From assembly GCA_036785375.1 (NCBI GenBank), contig JAWMAR010000748.1, positions 496,001 to 560,000 on the forward strand: a DNA stretch of 64,000 nt, in the 5' to 3' direction. The notes under the pieces are model-generated. The model had not been told where the DNA came from. It saw nothing but the letters and a program-made list of their open reading frames with translations, and did not search any database. Shown here in pieces: positions 38,386 to 49,424 of the stretch. The stretch comes from Leucoraja ocellata. Its lineage: Eukaryota. Position 1 is the stretch's first letter. Each line of letters begins with the position of its first letter. A program made the position numbers and the translations under genes.

Positions 38386-39191
38386 GTCTGTGTTGCAGTT
38401 TGGACAAGATGGAGTGTCTGGCCTGCTTGCTGCTGTGTGATCCTAAGTAACGTTAAGCTTGTGCTGCCATATGGTGTCACCACATGAAGTGAATCGCACC
38501 ACCCAGAGGGCAGATAATGTGCCCCTCTGCATTTTCCATGTTGCTGTTGGGTGACACATGTGATGCTGCAGTTAGTCACACTCCCTCACAGCCCCACAAC
38601 AAGAACGCTTCAATCCTGACCTCTGGTGCTCACAGCATGTTGAGTCTGCATCTTCTCCCCATGACGGCGTGGGTCAGCCCTGGCTGTTCCGATTTCCAAC
38701 CACATCCCAAAGACTGTTAGTAGGGTAGACACAAAACACTGCAGTAACTCGCCGAGTGAGGCAGCATCCCTGGAGAACCCGGGCAGGTGACGTTTCAGGT
38801 CACGACCCTGCTTCCATGTTTCTATTGCTAGTAGATGAATTGGCCACATCAAATTTCTGCTCGTGTAGGTAAAAAGTAAATGAATCAAATGGGTGTTGAT
38901 GAGCTTGGGAGAGATTAATTGCAGGGTTTTAGGGGAATAACTACTAACTCCATCTATCTCCAGTCCTTTCCCACCTCAGTCATTCTATCTCCCTACTCCC
39001 ATTGGGCAGAAGCTTGAAAGCGCATACCACACCAGCTTCTTCCCCCTCTGTTATCAGGCTTCTAGATGGTCCATCCATAAGCTAGGGTACTGTCCGATTC
39101 TCCTCTAGCCCATTGCGGACATTGGACTTTGTCTCTGGAGCTGATGCATTATAACGCTGAGAAAGGTAACTTTCCCTACACTCCACCTATT

Positions 39192-39328
39192 CTTCTTCTT
39201 GCGTATGACGTGCACGGCCTAAATTTGTGGACAACCTGTTCTATTTGATCTTATTTGATTGTGCACGCCGGGTTGATTGCATCCGTCGAAACAGGGCGGA
39301 CCACGTGAAGGTTGCAATCTCCCACCCC
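39192..39328 (-). mobile_element. HDV-ribozyme retroposon, copy 2
   Basis: Full-length reverse-complement copy with perfect TSD cactccacctatt (39179-39191 / 39329-39341), inserted in a Rex1-like 3' fragment. Confidence 0.9.
39275..39328 (-). ncRNA. Minimal HDV-like ribozyme (predicted)
   Basis: GGGGUGG GA GAUUGCA ACC UUCACGU GGU CCGCCCU GU UUCGA C GGA UGCAAUC: all stems intact, J4/2 CGGA instead of CGAA. Confidence 0.8.
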
Positions 39329-40692
39329 CACTCCACCTATTGTACTTGAGTTTGGCTTCATTTGTCTTTATGTGTAGAGTTATCTGGGCTGACTGGACAG
39401 CAAGCACAACAAACCTATTCACAGTACCTCAGTACATGTGACAATAATAAATCTAAACCTAAGAGTGGGAACGGGACTGAGGAGAGTTGGTTTTGGGTGC
39501 TGACCTACTGCGTACTAGTACGTGAATTAGTTGAGTTTAAACAAGGAGCATTTTTCATCATTAATTAAACCACAAAATGAGGCAAGTAAAAAAGGACTTG
39601 AGTTCTGTAGTCAGGTAACATGTCAGCACAGTGTTTTAACTCACTTTTTGGGATCTGGACATAGCTGGCAAGACCTATGTTACTTTCCCAGCCTCAGTAG
39701 CCCTTGATAGTTGTTGGTGAGCAGTTCTGGTAAAGGGGCTTCCTCACTGTTAGTGTAGGGAGTTCCAAGATTTAGCTACGATTGTGCCTGTAATCGCTGG
39801 AGTTTAGAAGGATGAGAGGACCTCATTGGAACTTACCAAATAGTGAAAGGCCTGGATACAGTGGATGTGGGAAGGTTGTTTCCACTAGAGTCATACAGCG
39901 TGGAAACAGGCTCTTTGGCCCAACATGCCCACACCGCCCAACATGTCCAATCTACACTAGTCCCACCTGCCTGTGTTTGGCCCATATCCATCTAAACCTG
40001 TCCTACCCATGTACCTGTCTAAATGTTAAATGTTGCAATAGTACCTGCCTCAACTACCTCCTCCGGCAGCTTGATCTCTACACCCACCACTCTTTGTGTG
40101 ATAAAGTTACTCCTCAGATTCCTATTAAATCTTTTCACCCTCACCTTAAACCTATGTCCTCTCATCCTCGATTCCTCTACTCTGGGCAAGAGACCCTGTA
40201 CATCTACCCGATCTAATTCTCTCATGATTTTGAACATATAAGATCACCCCTCATCATCCTGCACTCCAAGGAATAGAGTACTAGTCTGCGCAACCTCTCC
40301 CTATAGATCAGGCCCTCGGGCCCTGGCAACATCCTCGTAGATCTTCTCTGCACCCTGGTCTACCTTCGATTTAAACCAGCATCTGCAGTTCTTTCCAACA
40401 CATTTTGTCCGCGCCAATGCGAAATCTCCTCACGGTATGTCGACTTTGAAGAAGTTCTCTTCCTCTCAACATGAACGGTCTCAACCTGAAACATCACCCA
40501 TCCCTTCTCTCCAGAGATGCTGCCTGACCCGCTGAGTTATCCAGCATTTTGTGTCTATCTTCTCTGCACCCTTTACAGCTTGACAATATCTTTCCTTTAA
40601 CATGGTGCCCAGAAATGAACACAATACTCTAAATATTTCCTCGCCGATGTCACATACAACTGCAACATGACCTCCCAACTTCTATACTCAAT

Positions 40693-40875
40693 AGGTACAC
40701 AAAAATGCTGGAGAAACTCAGCGGGTGCAGCAGCATCTATGGAGCGAAGGAAATAGGCAACGTTTCGAACCGAAACGTTGCCTATTTCCTTCGCTCCATA
40801 GATGCTTCTGCACCCGCTGAGTTTCTCCAGCATTTTTGTGTACCTTTGATTTTCCAGCATCTGCAGTTCCTTCTA
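40693..40875 (+). mobile_element. Palindromic Penelope terminal-repeat insertion
   Basis: Near-perfect inverted arms centred on gtttcg-aac-cgaaac, plus tail. Confidence 0.82.
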
Positions 40876-40878
40876 GCT

Positions 40879-41968
40879 AATGGAATTGGGGCTCAACACC
40901 TCCCTGTGTGCCTGGGTCCTGGACTTTCTCACCGCCAGGCCCCAGGTAGTCAAGATGGGAGGGAATACATCGGAGTCCCTCACCCTGAGCACAGGATCGC
41001 CCCAGGGTTGCGTCCTCAGCCCCCTATTGTACTCCCTGTACACACATGATTGTGGCTAGGTTCAGCTCCAATTCAATAATTAAGTTTGCTGATGACACTG
41101 TGGTGGTGGGCCTGATCTCAGACAATGATGAGAAGGCCTACCGGGAGGAGGTGGCTGATCTAGCACTCTGGTGCCAGGATAACAGCCTCCTCCTGAACGT
41201 CAAAAAAACGAAGGAGCTGATCATGGACTTTAGGAGGGCACATCATCCGAGGACGTACACTCCATTGAGGATAAATGGGGATCCTGTGGATAGGGTGAGC
41301 TGCTTTAAATATCTGGGAGTCCACATCTCTGAGGATATGACATGGTCATCACACGCCTCCGCACTGGTGAGTAAGGCAAGGCAGCGCCTTTACCACCTCA
41401 GGCAATTGAGGAAATTCAGAGTGTCTCCGAGGATCCTCCAGTGCTTCTACGCAGCGGCGGTGGAAAGCATCTTGTCCGGGAACATTACCATCTGGAATTG
41501 CTCTGCCAAGGACAAGAAGGCTCTGCAGAGAGTAGTGCGTTCGGCCGAACGCACTATGGGAACTTCACTCACCCCCCTGCAGGAACTATGCAACAGGAGG
41601 TGCAACTCCAGAGCAAACAAAATCATGGGAGACCCCCTGCTCCCCTGCAACGGTCTGTTCCAGCTGCTACGGTCAGGCAAACGCCTCCGTTGCCATGCTG
41701 TGAGAACAGTGAGGTTGAGAAGGATTTTCTTCCCAGAGGCAATTCGGACTGTAAACGCCTATCTCACCAGGGACTAACTCTACAGAACGTTTTTCCTTCC
41801 ATTCTTTATTATGAAAAAGAATATGTGTGTTAAGATTGTGTTTATAATTTGTTTGGTTGTTTTGTTGTTTGTCTTTTGCTCAAAAGTCCGCAAGCATTGC
41901 CACTTTCATTTCACTGCACATCTCGTATGTGTATGTGACAAATAAACTCGACTTGACTTGACTTGACT
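40879..41968 (+). mobile_element. Rex1/Babar-clade LINE 3' fragment
   Basis: PQGCVLSP-type motif, IIKFADDTVVVGLI, LNVKKTKELIMDFRR, KARQRLYHLRQL; hairpin + AATAAA + (GACTT)n tail. Confidence 0.9.
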
Positions 41969-43522
41969 TAAACATTCCATACTCAATACTCTGACTGATG
42001 AAGGCCAATATGCCAAAGCCCTTTTTGACCACCTGATGTACCTGTGGTGCCACTTTCAACAAACTATGTACCTGTACTCCGAGATCCCTCTGCTCTACAA
42101 CACTCCCCAGAGACCTACAGTACCATCCACTGTGTAGGTCTGGCCCATGTTAGTGTTCCCAAGATGCAATACCTCACATTCCATCAAGCATTCTTCAACC
42201 CATCTGCCTAACCGATCAAGATCCTGCTGCAATCTTTGACAACCATCTTCACTATCTACAATACCACCCACTTGCATATCACTAGTGGGAGAGTCGAGGA
42301 CCAGCGGTCACAGCCTGAGAATAAAAGAATGTACCTTGAGAAAAGAGATGAGGAGACATTTCTTTAGTCAGTGGGTAGTGAATCTGGAAATCATTGCACA
42401 GGAGGCCAATTAATTGGGTATTTTCAAAGCTGAGACGGACAGGTTCTTGATTAATTAGTATGTCAAAAGTTATGGGGAGAAGGCAGGCAGGAAAAAGCGA
42501 TTGAGAGGGAAAGATAGAACACCCATGATTGAATGTCAGAGTAGACTGGAAGGGCCGAATGGCGTCATACTGCTCCTTTGCCTTACGGACAATGAAGGTA
42601 CAGCAGTGTGTGACTGAGTGAGGTTGCTGTGTAACTTGGAGCCAAGAGTGTGGATGGCTTGTGTTAGGTATTCTCCTCCTTCTTGAGGAGAGTGGTATTG
42701 AGATGAGGCGATGCAGGGTGAGTAACTGCGTGCATTTTGAGTTTAGTTTAGAGTGGTGGCGTGGAAACAGTCTCATCAGCCCACCGAGTCCATGCCAACC
42801 ATCGGTCCGATCACCAGTTCTAAATGATCCCACTTTCTCATCCATCGCTTTACATTGGGGACCATTTGACATCGGCCAATTAACTAACAAACCCACACAT
42901 CTTGGGCATATGGTACAAAGCCGGAAATCCCCTGCGCAATCACAGATGGAACTTGCAAACTCCATGCAGACAGCACCTGAGGGTCTGGATTGAATCTGTG
43001 TCTCTGGCATTGAGGGTGTGCCGCTGTGTGGCATTTTTGTGACAGTGCGCACTGTGGGGGGGGGGGGGGAATGTTTGGGATGGTGAATGAGTTCCTTTGT
43101 CCTAGCATATTCACGAGCTTCTTGTATATCATCGGAGCTGCACTCATCTTGGCAAGTGGAGTGTGTGCATCACATTACAATCTTGCAGACGGTGGAAAGG
43201 CTTTGGCATTCCAGGAGGTGACATCACATTTAAGAGTAAACTTTCTTAAAGGTGAAGTCAGTTCATAAGAAATAGGAGCAGAATTAGGCCATTCGGCCCA
43301 TTGAGTCTGCTCTGTCATTTGATCATGTCTGATCTATTTTACCCTCTCAACCCCATTCTCCTGCCATTCTCTCCCCATAAACTTTGATGCCCTTAAACAA
43401 GAACTTATTAATCTCTGCTTTTAACATACCCAATGGCTTGGCCTCCACAACCGTCTGTGGCAATGAATTCCACAGATTTGCCGCCCTCCGGCTAAAGACA
43501 TTCCTCCTCTTCTTCATTCTAA

Positions 43523-43748
43523 AGGGCCTGTCCCACTTGCCGATTTTTTTCGGCGACTGCCGGCATCATTGCCTGACGTATTAGGTCACTGAAAATTACG
43601 CGGTGTGATGTGGCGTGATGATGTATGGCGCGCGGTGCTTTTTCAAGTGTCGCAACATTTTTTTTGTCACTGCTCGATTTTGAAATGTTCAAAATCGAGC
43701 GACGACATTGAAATGCCGTTGGCAGAATCACAAAGTGGGACAGGCCCT
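43523..43748. mobile_element. PIF/Harbinger-like MITE in a CR1 fragment
   Basis: TIR AGGGCCTGTCCCACTT; TAA TSD. Confidence 0.85.
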
Positions 43749-43934
43749 TAAAACAATGTCCTTTATTTTAAGGCTATGCTCTCTGATCCTAGACTCTCTC
43801 ACTACTGGAAACATCCTCGCCATATAGAACTTTCATATATTTTTTTGCTATTTTTCTGACTTTTGTAAATAATGCTAATTGTTTAAACAGAATTTATCTT
43901 CCATATTTCAGAATACATTTCTTCTTTATTTCAG

Positions 43935-44021
43935 AATATATATTTGCCAGCTACCACAGAAGAAGAAATCTTTGCACATTTTGGATTGGAGTACATTCCA
44001 CCACAGGAGAGGAATGCTTGA
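43935..44021 (+). CDS. POLM: DNA polymerase mu, last coding exon
   Basis: tttatttcag|AAT; NIYLPATTEEEIFAHFGLEYIPPQERNA-stop, the typical Pol mu/TdT C-terminus. Joined CDS is 1590 nt and stays in frame. Confidence 0.93.
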   Translation, partial: NIYLPATTEEEIFAHFGLEYIPPQERNA

Positions 44022-44539
44022 TCAGCTGAGTTCACACTGTAGAAACACGCAGAGCACCTGAATGAAAGGCCTTGGACAAAGATATTTATTGCACTGTTAT
44101 CATCACTTTAAACTGGGTAAAAGCTGGACATTCACCCATCTCTGTCTGAATGTGTGTCAGTTGTTGAATGGGATCCCCCTCACTATCAAATCTCTGGAGT
44201 CGACTCCAACTCAAAGAACACACAATCCAAGTTTGCATTGAGAAAGAACTCCAGATGCTGGATAAAATCGAAGGTAGGCACAAAATGCTGGGGTAGCTCA
44301 GCGGGTGAGGCAGACCTGAAACGTCACCCATTCCTTCTCTCCATAGATGCTGCCTCACCCGCTGAGTTACCCCAGCATATGTGTCTACCTTTGCATTGTG
44401 AGATTAATGCACTGACAGAGCTACTGTAAATTTGTGATCATGTCTTCCTCATCCACACATAAAATATCCCAGGGTGCCATGGTAAGGAAAAATCTTCCCA
44501 AGATAGTGGCCTTGTAAACTTTTCTAACATAAAGGGGAA

Positions 44540-44551
44540 AATAAAATTAAA
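44540..44551 (+). terminator. Candidate POLM polyadenylation signal
   Basis: AATAAA (44540) followed by ATTAAA about 520 nt after the stop codon. Confidence 0.45.
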
Positions 44552-45062
44552 ATTAAAAATCTACTCATCTATCTCAATTGATTTTGTGATACTTTACATG
44601 CTGCATTTCCCACATTGCAATAGACAATAGGTGCAGGAGTAGGCCATTCGGCCCTTCGAGCCAGCATCGCCATTCAATGTGATCATGGCTTATCATCCCC
44701 AATCAGTACCCCGTTCCTGTCTTCTCCCCAGCTTGACCACACTTCAGAGGTCCTTAATTTACTCCAAAGTGGTTGGGGATATCGAGATTATGAAAGGAGA
44801 TGAATCATGGCCGTGAAACTAGTAGTTGACAGAAATCACCACTCATAGACTGGAGAGAAATCATCCTTGATCGCAACCTGCAATACTTTTGGTTTAAGAA
44901 AGAACTGCAGATGCTGCTTTAATCGAAGGTGGACACAAAATGGGTGACGTTTCGGGTCAAGAGGTCTGAAGAAGGGTCTCAACTCGAAACGTCACCCATT
45001 CTTTCTCCAGAGATGCTGCCTGTCCCACTGAGTTACTCCAGCATTTTGTGTCTACCTATAGT

Positions 45063-45383
45063 TTTGGTGTAGTTTAGTTTATTTTAGAGATACAGCATGG
45101 AAACAGGCCCTTCGGCCCACTGGGTCTGCACTGACCAGCGATCCCCGCACATTAACACGGTCCTATACACACGAGGGACAAATTTACATTCATACCAAGC
45201 CAATTAACCCACAAACCTGTACGTTTTTGGAGTGTGGGAAGAAACCGAATATCTCGGAGAAAGCCCACGCAGGTCACGGGGATAATGTACAAACTCCATA
45301 CAGACAGCAACCGTAGTCAGGATCAAACACGGGTCCCCGGCGATGTGAGGCAGCAACTCTACCTGTGCGGCACCGTGTTGCCC
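45063..45383 (-). mobile_element. HE1-type V-SINE
   Basis: Full-length copy. Confidence 0.85.
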
Positions 45384-45650
45384 AAAAAGGTTTTCCTTTA
45401 AAACCATCCAGATAGTTTGAAATATTTAGTTGGCTGTTCAGAGAGCTCATTAAATGTTTAGTTAGTGGTTTTAATATGATTAAGTGGGACCTGTCTGAAG
45501 AAGGGTCTTGACCCGAAACGTCACCCATTCCTTCTCTTCAGAGATGCTGCCTGTCCTGCTGAGTTACTCCCAACATTTTGTGTCTACCTTCGATTTAAAC
45601 CAGCATCTGCAGTTCTTTCCGACATATTAAGTAGAATCATGGCTCTTTGT

Positions 45651-45704
45651 GGGGTGGGAGATTGCAACCTTCACGTGGTCCGCCCTGTTTCGACGAATAC
45701 AATC
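45651..45704 (+). ncRNA. Minimal HDV-like self-cleaving ribozyme (predicted)
   Basis: P1 GGGGUGG/CCGCCCU, P2 GAUUGCA/UaCAAUC (one mismatch here), P3 ACC/GGU, L3 UUCACGU, 1-bp P1.1, J4/2 CGAA with catalytic C at 45694. Confidence 0.8.
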
Positions 45705-45791
45705 AACCCGGTGTGCACAATGAAATAAGATCAAATAGAACAAGTTGTCCTACAACTTTAGGCTGTGCACGCTGTACGCAAGAAGAAGAAG
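45651..45791 (+). mobile_element. ~140-nt retroposon with 5' HDV-like ribozyme and (GAA)n tail, copy 3
   Basis: Starts GGGGTGGGAGATTGCAACC, ends ...TACGC(AAG)n. Imperfect 12-bp TSD atggctctttgt / atgtttctttgt. Four homologous copies in the window. Confidence 0.9.
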
Positions 45792-45955
45792 ATGTTTCTT
45801 TGTGGTGATACAAAACTGCAGATGCTGGAATCTGGAGTAAAAAACAAACTGCTGAACATGTGTGGAGCAAAAGGACGATGGGTACTTTGCCTCCATAGAT
45901 GCTGCTTGACCTGCTCAGTTCCTCAGATAGACACAAAATGCTGGAGAAACTCATG

Positions 45956-46230
45956 GGCGGCACGTTGGAGCAGCGGTAGAGTCCGGAGACCCAGTTCGAT
46001 CCCGACTAGGGGTGCTGTCTGTATGGAGTTTGTACGTTCTCCCCGTGACCTGCGTGGGTTTTCTCCGAGATCTTCATTTTCCTCCCACGCTGCAAGACGT
46101 GCAGGCTTGGTATAGGTGTAAATTGTCCCTCGTGTGTGTGTAGAATTGTGTTAATGTGCGGGGATCGCTGGTCAGTGCGGACTCGGTGGAAAGGAGGGCT
46201 AGTTTCCACGCTGTATCTCTAAACTAAAGT
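45956..46230 (+). mobile_element. HE1-type V-SINE
   Basis: Near full-length copy inserted in a Penelope repeat. Confidence 0.82.
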
Positions 46231-46615
46231 AAACTCAGCGGGACAGACGGCATCGCTGGACAGAAGGAATATGTGACGTTTCGGGTCGAGACCCTTCTTC
46301 AGACTGAGAGTCAGGGGAGAGGGAAACAAGTTATAGATGGTGATATAGAACAAATGAATGTAAAAAATGCAAACAAGTTACGATGATCAAGAAAACAGGC
46401 CATAGTTGTGTGGGTCGGTGAAAATGAGTTGCAGACAATGAACTCGCCAGGACGACAGTGAAACTAGTACACTGACGAGGGTGGTGGAGGGATGGGGAAC
46501 GAGGGGATTCAAAGGTTACTTGAAGTTAGAGAAATCGATATTCATACCGCTGGGTTGTAAGCAGGCCACGTGAAACATGAGGTGCCTTTCCTCCAATTTG
46601 GCCGCACTCTTGACA
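46230..46615 (-). mobile_element. Penelope-like 3' fragment
   Basis: Same family as 8560-8985; hammerhead-like core at 46275-46302. Confidence 0.75.
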
Positions 46616-47259
46616 ATTGTTTTGTGAACGAAATTGCAATGCCGTTGTTGGCCACTCGAGGGCAGCTGTGGCCATGAGCAGAGAGGACAATAGGATCACA
46701 CTGCACAATCTCAACACGATATGTTGGAGGAGGGGAAAACATAGAAAACAGGTACAGGAGTAGGCCATTCAGCCCTTCTATCCAGCACCGCCATTCAATC
46801 TAAAATCAGTACCCCATTCCTGCTTTCTCCCCATATCCCTTGATTCCGTTAGTCCTGAGAGCTAAATAAAGTGAGAGATGAGCAGAAGGAGAAGGCCACA
46901 GACGGCCAAGTCATTGGGTATTTTTCATGTTCACAAAGTGTAGGAGCTGAATTAGGCCATTCGGCCCATCAAGTCTACTCTGCCATTTAATCATGGTCGA
47001 TCTACATTTCCCTCTCAGCCCCATTCTCCAGCTTTCTCCCCATAAAGTGGAGATTGACAAGATTCGTGATTAGTAAGGATGTCAAACATTACAGGGAGAT
47101 GGCAGGAGAATGGGGTTCAGAGGGAAAGATAGATCAGTCATGCTTGAAATGGTGGATTAAACTCAATGGACCGAATTCTGCTCTTATGTCATGAGGAGGG
47201 GAAAGGAACAGATTGATCGGGGCTGTGGGAAAAAATGTGTGTGGGCTGAGGGCGGAGAA

Positions 47260-47774
47260 TAGGGTTGCCAACTGTCCCGTATTAGCCGGGACATCCCGTA
47301 TATTGGGCTAAATTGGTTGTCCCATGTGGGACTGCCCTTGTACCATATTTGACAGCTACTACTCAGGTCGAGGGGACTGTCGGGCGGAGCGCCACGTCTG
47401 ACCCCGCCTCACCTGTCCCGACGTAGTGCAGCCCATGGAGTGCAGCAGCAGCACCTCGCCTGTGGCCCCGTCGGTGGGGAGCCCGGTCCGACCTACGGAC
47501 CTTCGCTTACTGCCGACACCACCACCCCTACTTCTCATGGCCGATCATTGGTTCATGAGTTGGATGGGGCGCCGGACTTTGAGCGCGACGTCACACGGCC
47601 CGGGCCAAAATGCTTCAGCTGGCCCGCCGGCTGGTCTTTGTGTGCAGTCCAGCACCCGACCAACTCATCATTCACCCAGCCACGGCCGAGTCGGTCAACG
47701 AATTGCCGTTGTGGATTTGTCCCTTATTTTAACATTTTGTCCCTTATTTGGGACTGAGAAGGTTGGCAACCCTA
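47260..47774. mobile_element. hAT (Tip100-like) non-autonomous element
   Basis: TIR TAGGGTTGCCAAC; imperfect 8-bp TSD gcggagaa / atggagaa; subterminal GGGAC/GTCCC repeats. Confidence 0.82.
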
Positions 47775-48619
47775 ATGGAGAATAATTAGTAGGCGGGGAG
47801 GGAGTGGTTCACTTGAAATTGGAGAAATCAATGTTCATACCGTTTGGTTGTTAGCTATCCAAGCGGAATATGAGGTGCTGTTTCTCCAGTTGCGTATGGC
47901 TTCAGTCTCACAATGGAGGAAGCTGGGACAGAAACATCAGGAGTGGGAAGGGGAGTTAAAGTGGTTGCCAACCAGGGGTCCAGCAGACAGACAGAAGACA
48001 GGTGTTTTAACCCCCTCCTCTCCACCCCACCCTCTCATTCCAACCCCCTAACTTGGTGACTGCACATTTTTCCCATCACCAGAGTCATTCTCTTTCCTTC
48101 TCTCCCCCCCCCCCCCCTCCCCTCTCTCTCTCATGTCCCACCACTCACTACAAGTCTCCCATTCTTCCTTACACCTCAATTTCCCCTTCCATCCATATAT
48201 CCCTTTCTCCAGCTTTATAATTCATTTTCCTTTATCCTAACTTTACCTGACACCCTTTTGTCTCCTTTTCACCTGCAACTTTGTCACGCTCTCCACCCAC
48301 CTGCTAGTCAAACCACCCTCACCTGTATCCACCTATCACTCGCCAGGTTGTGCCTGACCTGCTGAAGGTTACTCCTGATGATGGGTTACTCCCTTTCTTC
48401 ACTCTGTTTGCACTTTATCAGTTTAATTATTCATTGTGTGTGTGTATATATTTATGCAATGTGATATGGACAGGCTGGTCTGTTCAGTATTCAGTGCCTA
48501 CTGTGTTCTGTTGTGCTGAAGCAAAGCAAGAATGTCATTGTCCTATCAGGGACACATGACAATAAACTGTCTTGTTCCCATCAAGGATCCTAGAGGAGCC
48601 TCCAGTATCTGTGAGGTAG

Positions 48620-48719
48620 GAACGTTGATGCGGCGCCAGGGGGAGTGGGTTGGGGAGGGCACGGCCGGAAGTGTGTCTGGGGCCGGGGTCCGGGTGCGGC
48701 GGGCGGGAGCGGGGCAGCG
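48620..48719 (+). promoter_or_regulatory. NUDCD3 CpG-island promoter/5'UTR with ETS (GABPA-type) site
   Basis: CpG-rich; CCGGAAGTG at 48665-48673 and GC-box-like sequence just upstream of ATG 48720. Confidence 0.6.
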
Positions 48720-48916
48720 ATGGACGGGGCGCCGGGCATGACGGAGATGTACGACCAGGCGATGCTCGGCATCCTGCAGCACGTCGGCAAGATCGAGAAC
48801 TTTCTGGAAGTTCTCTTCGGCTTCCTGTACAGGAAAACGGACTTCTACCGCCTGATGGTGCTGAGGGAGGACAGGCTGGGATTCCCGCCCGGGTGGCCGA
48901 GCGGCTGGCGCTGCGG
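48720..48916 (+). CDS. NUDCD3: NudC domain-containing protein 3, exon 1 (apparent 1-nt deletion near 48891-48893)
   Basis: MDGAPGMTEMYDQAMLGILQHVGKIENFLEVLFGFLYRKTDFYRL...DRLGFPPG, continuing in a shifted frame as VAERLALR to donor GTGAGG at 48917. Length is 197 nt, one short of whole codons. Confidence 0.9.
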
Positions 48917-49224
48917 GTGAGGGGGAGGGGGGGAGGGGAGAGGGAGAGGGGTGGACATGGAGCAGAGGGAGGGGAGAGTGGGGGGGAGGGAGTGAGGGGG
49001 GGAGAGAGGGGGGGGGCAGTGAGGTGGGGGGGGGACATGGAGCAGAGGGAGGAGGGAGGGGAGGGGGAGGAGAGGGGCAGAGTGGGGGGGGGGGGAGAGG
49101 GAGAGGGAGGAGAGAGGGGGGAGAGTGATGGGGAGAGAGGAGGGAGGGGGGAGTGGGGTAGGGGGACATTGAGCAGAGGGAGGGACTGGGGGGGGAGAGG
49201 AGAGGAGGGGGAGAGGAGGGGAGG

Positions 49225-49424
49225 NNNNNNNNNNNNNNNNNNNNNNNNNNNNNNNNNNNNNNNNNNNNNNNNNNNNNNNNNNNNNNNNNNNNNNNNNNNN
49301 NNNNNNNNNNNNNNNNNNNNNNNNNNNNNNNNNNNNNNNNNNNNNNNNNNNNNNNNNNNNNNNNNNNNNNNNNNNNNNNNNNNNNNNNNNNNNNNNNNNN
49401 NNNNNNNNNNNNNNNNNNNNNNNN
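49225..49424. other. Assembly gap (200 N)
   Basis: Run of N preceded by G/A-rich low-complexity sequence (48921-49224). Confidence 0.99.
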
